Assembly: GCF_001194135.2 (NCBI RefSeq) | Contig: NC_068987.1 | Span: 11,415,249 to 11,479,248 of the forward strand | Length of the DNA stretch: 64,000 nucleotides | Source: Octopus bimaculoides | Lineage: Eukaryota | Direction: 5' to 3' | Shown: in pieces, positions 1-10,193 of the stretch | How the letters are laid out: each line of letters begins with the position of its first letter | Numbering within the stretch: position 1 is the stretch's first letter | Program-made: the position numbers and the translations under genes | Notes under the pieces: generated by a model | What the model saw: only the letters and a program-made list of their open reading frames with translations | Told to the model about the DNA's origin: nothing | Databases searched by the model: none

Positions 1-2051
1 CGGTGCTCCAGCTTGGCAAGCAGTCAAATAACTGAAACAAAATAAAAGAGTAAATAGCTACACAGAAAAGTATATGGTGGGGGGATCACATATAAATTTT
101 ACTTTCTCCCGTTGTTTAAGTCCCAACTCTGCACTAATCCATGTATCTACCTTACGAAAGCAAAAGATTTGGTTGTTATTTTATGCAGGTTGGGAGACCT
201 TGCAAATGCTTCCCCCCACCACCACCGCCACCTTCATTTTCTTTTCTTATTCAGTTAAGGGAGTTTCACAGTTGCTGTTACTGGTTTCTTTCTTTTTTCT
301 AAGGTGGCCCTTTATGGATTGGGAACAGCCACTCTATGCCTTTGATAAAAAGTCTCAAATCTTGGCTAAATTCTGTTTATGTGTGTAAACATCTAAATAA
401 ATACTATGTTTGTTTGTTTGTGTGTGTGTGGTAGTGTAGAAAGCTCTATATATCATTAAGTTGATTGAGCCGTGTATGTTTGTTGGTTAAATTAAAGGTT
501 TGACTTATACAAAAAAGTACCCCCCTCCAACGGTTTTTCTATTTTATATATTTATTTATGAGTTGTTTTTTTTTATAATGGTCAGTGAGTATCACTTAAT
601 CCCTGTCCACCTAGTTGCCCTCTCCTTGTTTAGAAGTATCAAAAAAAGAAAGAAAGAAAATACACATTAGTGATGGGTAGGGCTATGTAGTAGCTATCTA
701 GTCAGCTTTTAAAAAACTGGTTCTTTTCATAGAAAGATGGATATATAATTTCGTTTCTGCTTATACCTTAAAAGTTTATCTGCTGGGGAAAAAAATGCTT
801 TACAATCATACAGTAAGTTAAAATTATAATTTCTTATACATCCACCCACCCCCTCTCTTCATTCATATATGGACAGAATGTTGGCATCTCTCATGTTAAG
901 TGTTTTGACAAATTATTTCCAAGTAACACATTTAAATTTATATATTTTATTCTTATCACAGTTGGTATTAATTAATACTCAGAACTGCTTTCTTGTTTAA
1001 CCTGCCTTGTACTTCCTTTACATATAATTCACCATGAAATTCATGTTCTTATATCTTCGCTTTGTAACCACATGGTTTCGGGTTCAAGTCCCACTGCGTG
1101 GTATCTTGGGAATGTGTATTCTGTCTTATAGTCCCATGCTTGGTAAGCAGTGTCGATTTTACAAATCTATATTTTATAAGCTTAAGGCGTATAAGCGATT
1201 ACCACGTGCACTGACTAAGGTAAATAGTCAAATAAATAAATATAAACATATACACACACGTGCATGTTTGTGTACAGCCCCATAACTCAGCAAAAGAGGA
1301 CAGACTGAAATCTGGATGTTCTGTTCGAACAAATTATACTGCAGCACCATGAGAGAAATTCCAATTTTTGGTGCAAAATGCATTCTTATGTCTCGGGGTC
1401 ATTTTGTTCCACTAAACTTTTCACCATAAAACCCGTAGCATAGCCACAGTCCAGCCATTAAAACAAACAAGTAAAGGATTAAAGGATACAATATATATAT
1501 ATATATATGGTGATCTAGACGTGTTAATCTTAAACTTAATAACCTAGCTGGTTAGATCTAAACACAAGAAAACACTTCCCTTGCTCAAAACAACAAACAA
1601 CAAAAACCCAGACTTTTTTTTTATATAGAATTAATCCTTATCTACTCAGTGCAAATCTAACTTTTTTTGTTGTTACTTGTAATGTAAACCATTTTCTTCC
1701 CCCATCTCTGCTTTTTGGAATTGTATTTATTACTACTATTACTACTACTGCTGCTGCTACTACTACTACTACTACACAAATATATATAAAGTTGCAATAA
1801 TTTAGAAATCTTTGAATTCTCTGCTATTCTATGTTCAATTGTATAATAAACAAGATGCTATATATAATATTGATTAGGTAAAATATCTCCAAACGCTATA
1901 ATTTTTTTTTAATACTTCTATTTTTTTAATTATATTCTTTTACTTATTTATTGTCTTTTGTTTAAGATGTATTCAAGTGTTTTTAATCTCATTTATTCAA
2001 TTAGGCTTCTCGTTTCGAAAGCTTTTATTTTATTCATCGGTCTTTCATTAG

Positions 2052-2078
2052 ATGAGTGAATATCTATGGCAGAGACTG
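2052..2078 (+). CDS. Candidate 27-nt microexon (MSEYLWQRL, phase 0-0) of an unidentified gene
   Basis: Acceptor ttttattcatcggtctttcattAG (2050-2051); exon ATGAGTGAATATCTATGGCAGAGACTG; donor GTAAGG at 2079. Only phase 0 is free of stops. Length is a multiple of 3. No homology recognised. Confidence 0.42.
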
Positions 2079-2408
2079 GTAAGGTAAAAACAAAAATAAA
2101 TAAATAAATAAATAAATTAAAGAAAGAAAGAAAGCAAGAAGGAAAGCTAGTAAACTAAAGTTGGCTGCATCTGTGCGACCCACTACATTATCTCTCTTTC
2201 TCTTTTTCTCTCCCTGTCTCCCTCTCTTGTCCTGCATACTTTACACACTTCTCAATGCTTCTATGTGCCACATTAGCTACATCAGTGATAATCATCCAGA
2301 TAATAGAAAGAGAATTTTGTCTTTGTGTTGTCATTCAATGTTGTACTTATTTCTGTTGTGTGTCTTTCTCTCTCTCTCTCTCGTTTTCTGTGCTTGCCTT
2401 TACAAAAG

Positions 2409-2432
2409 AAGTCTAGTAGTTCATTTTCAGCA
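2409..2432 (+). CDS. Candidate 24-nt microexon (KSSSSFSA); 21 nt if the second AG of AAGAAG is used
   Basis: Pyrimidine tract (ct)n-cgttttctgTGCtTGCctttacaaaAG; exon AAGTCTAGTAGTTCATTTTCAGCA; donor GTAAGG at 2433. The AAG acceptor is non-optimal. Confidence 0.35.
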
Positions 2433-2564
2433 GTAAGGATGGGTTTTTTTTCCTGTTTTTTATAATGTAGAAAAGCAGCTTCTGTTCTTGTTCTGTTCTG
2501 TTTTGCCTCACTTTTTCAGACTAACACACACTCCTCTCTCTCTCTCTCTCTCTCTCTCTGCTAG

Positions 2565-2575
2565 GTCAAACCAGG
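2565..2575 (+). CDS. Candidate 11-nt microexon (VKP-G, phase 0 to 2)
   Basis: Branch-like CTAAC at 2521, long (CT)n tract, TGCtAG acceptor, exon GTCAAACCAGG, strong donor AGG|GTAAGC at 2576. Confidence 0.45.
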
Positions 2576-2762
2576 GTAAGCTGTTTTGGCTTTGAACTCC
2601 AGCCTATATTGTTTACAAAGCTACAAAGCTCTCCCCTCCGTTTATTGTGTAGGGAGGTCATTTTACTAGTACTTTTTTTTTCAGGGTTGTCTATTGCTTT
2701 CCAACCAGAAAAAGGGGAAAGGTGTTATATCTAGACAGATGTGTGTGTTTTGTGTATTTCAG

Positions 2763-2787
2763 ACTGAAGGATTGCTTGGAAGCTTGA
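2763..2787 (+). CDS. Possible phase-2 terminal exon (LKDCLEA-stop)
   Basis: Acceptor tgttttgtgtatttcAG (2761-2762). Phase-compatible with the 11-nt exon; stop TGA at 2785-2787. No homology support. Confidence 0.2.
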
Positions 2788-2959
2788 GGCAAGATATATA
2801 AAATCTGCCAATTTATTTATTATTGCCCCAGCAAGAACCTGACAGTAGCTCCTATTTAAATACTGTGTTATATTAAATATTTATCCCTCACTGGAAGGAG
2901 TCCTTACCTATAGCAGAAACGACATAGCTTTACATATTTGTGTACACACACACACACAC

Positions 2960-3428
2960 GTTTTTTCTTTATTCTGTTACTTGTTTCAGTTATTTGACTG
3001 CGGTCATACTGGAGCACTGCTTTAAAAGGTTGTTTTTGTGTTTTTCATTCAGTCGAACAAAATCAACCTCAGGGCTTATTCTTCGTAAGCCTAGTACTTA
3101 TTTTATCAGTTTCTTTTGCCGAACCGCTATGTTACGGGGACGTAAACACACTAACATCGGTTGTCAAGCGATGGTGGGGTGGAGGGCACAAAGACACACA
3201 CACACACACACAAGTAAATAATATATATGGTAAGATCAGCTGTGGTGGATATATAATACTGTACATTTCGGATAATATATATATATGACGGGCTTCTTTC
3301 AGTTTCTGTCTATCAAATCCACTCACAAGGCTTTGGTTAGCCCGAGGCTATAAGTAGAAGACACTTGCCCAAGGTGCCATGCAGTGGGACTGGACCCGGA
3401 ACCATGTGGTTGGGAAGCAAGCTACTTT
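2960..3428 (-). mobile_element. SINE family A (dominant tRNA-headed SINE), near full length; MITE end inserted in its (TA)n middle
   Basis: Reverse complement of the 4527-4910 copy. Confidence 0.85.
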
Positions 3429-4526
3429 ATTTCATAAATATTTGCCATAAAGGGCACACAGCCACTCCTATATCTTCTAACAGGGAACGGCCTTGAAGAA
3501 TTGTTAGTGGAATGAATGAACCCTAGTACAATTGTTTTTTTGTTATATATATATATATATACCTTTTATACATATGTGAGAAAAATCTGGAGTTGAATTT
3601 GTTTCTTTGAGTTCCTCTTCCTGAAACCCAGACAAACAAATTCAGTTCCAGATATTTTTCAAGTAACTCAAATATATATAAAATGTATGAATTTTCTGTA
3701 AAATAACTCATTCATGAGGAGCCCCTCAAAGGGAGAAAAGTGCTAAATAATACTCTTTTTCCAAATCCTGACTATCTTTTTCTTAATGCACACACAACAA
3801 GCTTCTTTCAGTTTCTCTCTAGCAAATTCAATCACAAGACCTCGGTTGGCCTGAGGCTATGTAGTAGAAGACATTAGTCCAAGGTACTGAAGATTAAACA
3901 TTTTACCACAGCCACACCTATGCCTATATATATATATATATTAACTCAATTTTTAATTATTCTTTTTAGTTGCTCCACTATCTTGTTAATTATACTACAC
4001 TGCTATCTCTTCTGTGATAAAAGCTTCACCGTTTCCATAGGGCTAGCTTCACAAAACAGTTATATATATACACACTAGCAAGTGGACAAATGAAAGAAAA
4101 GGCACATTTAGTAGCAGTTTCTGTTGAATGATTTGAAAATTACTCAACCAATATTGTTTTTAATTATAAAAGCAATGTTGCTCTGACTGGTAGGATGGCT
4201 ATATTTAATTACTTTTCAGTATCTGTTGGGGGATTTTGTTAACCTTGGAAATGTCTGAACTCCATTTGACCTTCTATTAGTTGCAGTATCTCCACTAAAA
4301 TAAAAATAAAAATCAAAAAAAAAAGCATAAATAAATGAAGAGCGAACTCCTTGTTATCAGAAACAAGAAATACCTTACTTGTATGCAGTGTCATTTGATC
4401 TCATTAGGTTCTGAGTTCAAATGTTAGTAGGGTTGATAAAATATTTACTAGTCATATATTAGTGATGCCCAGATGCACTACATTTAATTACTTTTACAGG
4501 TGTTGGTGTAAACTATATATATCTAT

Positions 4527-4910
4527 AGGCGCAGGAGTGGCTGTGTGGTAAGTAGCTTGCTTACCAACCACATGGTTCCCGGTCCAGTCCCACTGCATGG
4601 CATCTTGGGCAAGTGGGCAAGTGTCTTCTACTATAGCCTCCGGCTGACCAAAGCCTTGTGGGTGGATTTGGTAGACGGAAACTGAAATAAGCCCATCGTA
4701 TATATATATATATATGTGTATGTGTTTGTCCCCCCCAACATCGCTTGACAAACGATGCTGGTGTGTTTACGTCCCCGTAACTTAGTGGTTCGGCAAAATA
4801 GATCGATAGAATAAGTACTAGGCTTACAAAGAATAAGTCCTGGGGTCGATTTGCTCGACTAAAGGTGGTGCTCCAGCATGGCCACAGTCAAATGACTGAA
4901 ACAAGTAAAA
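4527..4910 (+). mobile_element. SINE family A, full length
   Basis: tRNA-like head aggcgcaggagtggctgtgtggtaag...ggttccggtccagtccc, body gtgtcttctactatagcc...ggaaactgaa, (TA)n middle, tail gactgaaacaagtaaaa. More than 25 copies or fragments in the window. Confidence 0.9.
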
Positions 4911-5137
4911 NNNNNNNNNNNNNNNNNNNNNNNNNNNNNNNNNNNNNNNNNNNNNNNNNNNNNNNNNNNNNNNNNNNNNNNNNNNNNNNNNNNNNNNNNN
5001 NNNNNNNNNNNNNNNNNNNNNNNNNNNNNNNNNNNNNNNNNNNNNNNNNNNNNNNNNNNNNNNNNNNNNNNNNNNNNNNNNNNNNNNNNNNNNNNNNNNN
5101 NNNNNNNNNNNNNNNNNNNNNNNNNNNNNNNNNNNNN
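4911..5137. other. Assembly gap (N run); others at 8703-8712, 18789-18812, 30902-31059, 38286-38421, 44102-44268, 47264-47273 and 51558-51620
   Basis: Runs of n; most of the long gaps abut (TA)n tracts or SINEs. Confidence 1.
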
Positions 5138-5236
5138 TATATATATATATATATATATATCTGTATGTATGTAAGCCCTCTAAGAATCCATTATTCAGGA
5201 AGAAATGTACACCTATATCTGTTAGTAGAGTGGGTA

Positions 5237-5476
5237 TATTAATCAAAGTGTACAGTATTATATATCCATTACGGCCGATCTTACCAATCGGTTTCACACT
5301 TAAAGGTTCAACGGAGTGTTAGGTAGTTGCCTTATTTCATTCCATAACAGCTACCTCTGAAGAGTGCAGGGTTACATAATCGGACTGTTACCTAGCACTC
5401 CATTGAACCCCTAGTGTGAAACCAATTGGTAAGATCAGCCGTAATGGATGTATATTACTGTACACTTCGATTAACA
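5237..5476. mobile_element. MITE with about 89-bp terminal inverted repeats and TA target duplication (Tc1/mariner-type)
   Basis: Arms 5237-5325 and 5389-5476 are imperfect reverse complements; TA at 5235-5236 and 5477-5478; a solo right end of the same family lies at 3229-3277. Confidence 0.8.
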
Positions 5477-5941
5477 TATCTATGTATTTGTATATACACA
5501 CACAGTGGGCTTTCATAGTTTTCTCTACCAAATTCACTCACAAGGCATTTGTCAGCCCAGGGTTACAGTAGAAAACTCTTGCTCAAGTTACTGCACAGGG
5601 GGACTGAACCCAAAACCTTGTGGTAACAAAGTGAGCTTCTTAGCCACACAGACATACCTACATTTATATCTCTGTACAACATATTTTAATTTACATAAAA
5701 ACGAAGAATATTTTATGGAAGTATTGATATAAATGATTGTATACAACAATATGATTGGTTTAGCTAAACTAGGATATGTCACACATGTTAGGTCATGTCA
5801 GATATGAATGAAATGTGTATTCATTTAGTTTTGAGCTCTTAGAAAACATACATTGACTGTCTGTTTATTTAGGTAAAGCTTTCTGTTATGCATGTTCTAT
5901 TTATTGATTGCATGAATATTTGGTATTCGCTATGAATCTAG

Positions 5942-5956
5942 GGGGAAAAGTCAGAG
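5942..5956 (+). CDS. Candidate 15-nt microexon GGGGAAAAGTCAGAG (open in all phases)
   Basis: ctAG acceptor with a weak tract; strong donor GAG|GTAAGC at 5957; TGCATG (Rbfox-type) motifs at 5889, 5909 and 6000. Confidence 0.3.
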
Positions 5957-6801
5957 GTAAGCTCCATTACCTTGAAATGTGTGTGTGTGTGTGTGTGTGT
6001 GCATGTTGTTAAGAGCTAAGCATATAAGTAGGTATATTTATGTTTGTGTGTATGTGGGTGGGTATACACACACCTATACGCGCATGCACGTTTGTCTTCC
6101 TGGACCCACTGCTTGGCAACCAGTGTGGGCATTGTTTATGTCTCCATAACTTTGCAGTTCAGCAAATAAGACTGCTGGAATATGTACCTAATTTTTTTAA
6201 AAAAATTAAAAAAATAAAGCACTGGTATTGATTTGTTCAATCAAACCTCCTGAAAGCAGTGCCCCAGCATGGCCGCAGCCTAATGACCGAAAATAGTATA
6301 AGACAGAAGATAGAATTTCTGTGTCAATGGGTTGCAACTTAAAATATTCATTTTTATGGTATGTAATCTTTTAACATTTAAACTGGCCATATCTGGCCTA
6401 AATACTAAATATTCTTTTCTACTCTAAGCTCAAGGCCCAAAATTGTTTTGGGGAGTGGGGCAGTCGATTATATCGATCCCCAGTATGCAACTGGTACTTA
6501 ATTTATTGACTCCGAAAGGATGAAAGGCAAAGTTGAACCCGGTAGAATTTGAGCTCTAAACGTAAAGACAGCCAGAATACTGCTATGCATTTTGCCCGAC
6601 ATGCTAACGTTTCTGCCAGCTCACCGCTTTCCAAATACCAAATCTTTTACCTGTTTTATGATCAAGCCAGCCAGATCCCGCCTCTTACACATACACTCTG
6701 ATGCCACTCTAAAAAGATTCCATCACATTTTGAGGCTGTGAAATAATGTATGACCAATTCAAAACAATGTGAACGAATAAGCATTACATATGACAGAGCG
6801 A

Positions 6802-7126
6802 AGGCACATGGCTCAGTGGTTAGAGTGTCAGGCTTGCAATCATGAGGTAGTGAGTTCAATTCTCGGACTGGGCTGTGTGTTGTGTTCTGGAGCAGGACAC
6901 TTTATTTCACGTTGCTCCAGTTCACTCAGCCGTAGAAATGAGTTGCGATGTCACAGGTGCCAAGCTGTAATCGGGCTTTGCCTTTCCCTTGGATAACATC
7001 GGTGGTGTGAAGAGGGGAGGTTGGTATGCATGAGCGACTGCTGGTCTTCCATAAACAACCTTGCCTGGGCTTGTGACTTAGAGGGGAACTTTCTTAGTGC
7101 AATCCCATGGTCATTCATTTACCCTT
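6802..7126 (+). mobile_element. SINE family C, full length with target-site duplication
   Basis: tRNA-like head ggctcagtggttagag...gttcaattc; 10-bp duplication ttacatatga at 6784-6793 and 7127-7136. Confidence 0.88.
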
Positions 7127-7840
7127 TTACATATGATGGAGTAATATCAGTGCTAAAGGGTGAAATAAAATGATTTTATGTGATGTCTCTTCCTGATCAA
7201 AATCGTGATTCCATCTCCTACTTCTGTGACTTTATTTCCATCACCTTTGTTACACCAACTAAATCATTTGTTTGATATCCATCTTCTGTTTTATACGCAC
7301 ACATTATATCCATACATCTTTCATGTTTTTATTCATAATATGTACACAGTAAGTGAAATGGTATTTTCATTCTGTCAAAAAAGATAGGAAAGATATTAAG
7401 AATTTAGTCAATATTTAAAATGTGTATTTATTTATTCAATCCTTGCTATAAAATCAAATTTAAAAAAATATATATATATCTGGTTAACTTTACTAACATC
7501 AAAAGCTGATTGTTTTGTGTTTAGCATTTCATCACTCAAAACATTCTTGCAGTTGTTTTTGTTGCTATTGGAAGTTTTTGATGGTCTTCAGAAATTGTTT
7601 GAGTTTGAACTAATTAACTGTTAATTCTGAACTAACTTGCAAAAAAAAAAAAATTGGTCCAGAATCAGAAATCTATTTCTGAAAAATTTGGCTGTGTGCT
7701 AAGAAGTTTGCTTCACAACCGCATGGTTGGCTCCAGGTTCAGTTCCATTGCATTGCACCTTGGCTGTCTTCTTCTATAGCCTCAGGCCAACCAAAGCCTT
7801 GTGAGTGGATTTGGTAGATAGAAACTGAAAAAAGCCCGTC

Positions 7841-7918
<78 letters not shown>

Positions 7919-8844
7919 CATCATCGTCGTAATTTAGCATTTGGTTTCCATGCTGGCATGGGTTATACATTTTGACTGAAAACTGGTAAGCCAGGGAGCT
8001 GAACCAAGTTCTAGTCTGATTTAGCATGGTTTCTACAGCTGGATGCCCTTCCTAACGCCAACCACTCCAAAAGTGTAACAGGTGCTTTTTACATGCTATC
8101 CATATAATAAGTCCAAGTCCTGGGGTTGATTTATTTGACTAAACTAAACCCCTTCAAGGCAGTGCTTCAGCGTGGCTGCAGTTAAATGACTGAAACCAGT
8201 AAAAGATTTTCTAAACTAGCTTAGCACAAATCCCGAAATATAATAAGGTTCACTTTAGAGACGCTATCATCATTTAGCAATAGCAGATGTCAGTTCTTTA
8301 TTAAACCACCAGCTCACACACATGCACAACTTGTCATTATACTTTGTGTTTTATCTACACGGGTTTTCAACCATAAGACTCCAAAAACACACACATGCCT
8401 GTATAGTGTAGGTTCAGTCCCACTATGTGGCACCTTGGGTGAATGTCTTCTGCTGTAGCCCTTTGCTGACCAGTGCTTTATGAGTGAATTTGGTAGGTAG
8501 AAACTGTATGAATCCCGTGTGTGTGTTTCTTTACATTTGCACTTTCAAAAGAAAGTGTTGTATGGCCAGTGGTAATATCAACAGGAATACACACACACAA
8601 ACACACGGTTGGCGTTAGGAAGGGCATCCAGCTGTAGAAACTCTGCCAAATTTAGATTGGAGCCTGGTGTTGCCATCCGGTTTCACCAGTCCTCAGTCAA
8701 ATNNNNNNNNNNTGGTGTTGCCATCCGGTTTCACCAGTCCTCAGTCAAATCGTCCAACCCATGCTAGCATGGAAAGCGGACGTTAAACGATGATGATGAT
8801 GCATGCATGCAAGTTTAAGCACGCAAAGACAAACACAAATACGA

Positions 8845-9276
8845 CCCCTTAGCTTTTAAACTGCCCAAACAAATACTCGACTTTTTTCACATCCAAAATG
8901 GCCAGATCTGGCTTCTCACATTTTCCTTACAGTGTCATTCTACAAATAAACATATGCCTCATCGAAATCTTGAAGCTACAAGATAATGCAAGATTAACCC
9001 TTTAGCATTTAAACTGGCCATATCCGGCCAAAAGTATTCTGCTTGTTTTATGTTCAAACTGGCCAAATCTGGTCTCTCACACCAACCCTACAATATCGTT
9101 TTAAAAATTAACAGCTACCTCATCAAAATCTCATAGCTACAAGATAATGCATGATTAGTTCAAAACAATGTGGATAAATAAGCATTAATTTTGGCAGAAT
9201 AATGCAAACATTAAAGGGTTAAACAATGTGATTAGATAAGCATTACTTTTGACAGAATAATTTGAATGTTAAAGGG
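8845..9276. mobile_element. piggyBac-type MITE with a younger copy of its own family (8998-9218) nested at an internal TTAA
   Basis: Inner copy TTAA-CCCTTTAGCATT...AAAGGG-TTAA (8994-9222) splits an outer copy at gataatgcaaga|TTAA|acaatgtga. Confidence 0.75.
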
Positions 9277-9977
9277 TTAGGATAGTTTCTATCTACCAAA
9301 TTTTTGTGAGACATTGCTTTGTTCAGGGCAATAGCAGAAGACAAATGCCTGAAGTACTGTGCTGTGGGATTGAGCCCAAAACCACATGGTTGTGGAACAA
9401 ACTTCGTAACCACTCATCCACTATTTTGAAGTAAACATTTTAGATACATTTTTAAAATTCCTACTGAAATTCTAGCCTGTAGAAATTTCAAACCCTGGCT
9501 TTGAAATGAGGTTAGTTTGGTGGTATCAGGAATGTGGTGTACAACACAAAGTAAAGTTGAAATTGCATACTTTTTATCTAAAGTGGGATATTCCAAAGTT
9601 TACAACCCTAAATTGAAATTTTTTAAAACTAAAAATGCATGTTCACTGCTTGCTGTTTGTGTTTAGATTCATGCAACTCCCTGCTTGTGTAAGAAAGTTA
9701 ACTACACAAAATATGACTCCTCTGACCCCTACAAAATTTCATCAACCAAAAACATCATCTATATTTTCATAAATCTGTACAATTGCATTAAAAATATGCT
9801 ACGTTTCTGTTGAAATATTCTTCCGTCATCTGAGCTACTTTTGAAAATAATGGATTTAGTATGAGAAATTTACCGCTATTAATTTGGTGTTGGAAGCATA
9901 AATTAACCAGAAATCTTGATGCAAGGTTTTAATTTAACTCTTTAGCACACTGGGCGAACCCTTGGTTCTATGATTAA

Positions 9978-10193
9978 CCCTTGAACATTCAGATTATCCT
10001 GTCTAATGTAATGCTTATTTATTCACAGTGTTTTGAGTTAATTATGCATTATTTCGTAGCGTCAAAATTTCAGTGATGTGATTGTTTATTTTTAGAATGA
10101 CATTGTAGGGTAGGCGTGAGAGGCCAGATCTGGCTGGTTTGAACATAAAACACAATATTTGGGCCAGGCATGGTCGGTTTAAATGCTAGAAGG
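9978..10193. mobile_element. piggyBac-type MITE (TTAA-flanked), at the centre of a larger degenerate inverted-repeat element (about 9790-10360)
   Basis: TTAA-CCCTTGAACATT...AATGCTAGAAGG-TTAA; the flanks 9790-9945 and 10200-10360 are diverged reverse complements of each other. Confidence 0.7.

Noticed and set aside
302-388. Other polypyrimidine-AG sites followed by short open frames (302, 25775, 32898, 33699, 44515, 53777, 60776)
   Set aside because: No matching strong donor or recognisable domain; (CT)n and T-run tracts generate many such pseudo-acceptors in this genome.
4824-5297. Long ORFs containing X runs
   Set aside because: They read through N gaps; likewise at 30752-31296, 38101-38579 and 44016-44383.
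6802-6870. tRNA-like A and B boxes (also at 4527, 40248 and 63774)
   Set aside because: These are SINE heads that continue into SINE bodies; they have no complete cloverleaf or acceptor stem, so they are not tRNA genes.
8664-8750. Exact about 38-bp direct repeat on both sides of a 10-N gap
   Set aside because: Typical unmerged contig overlap. The same element is uninterrupted at about 62380-62475.
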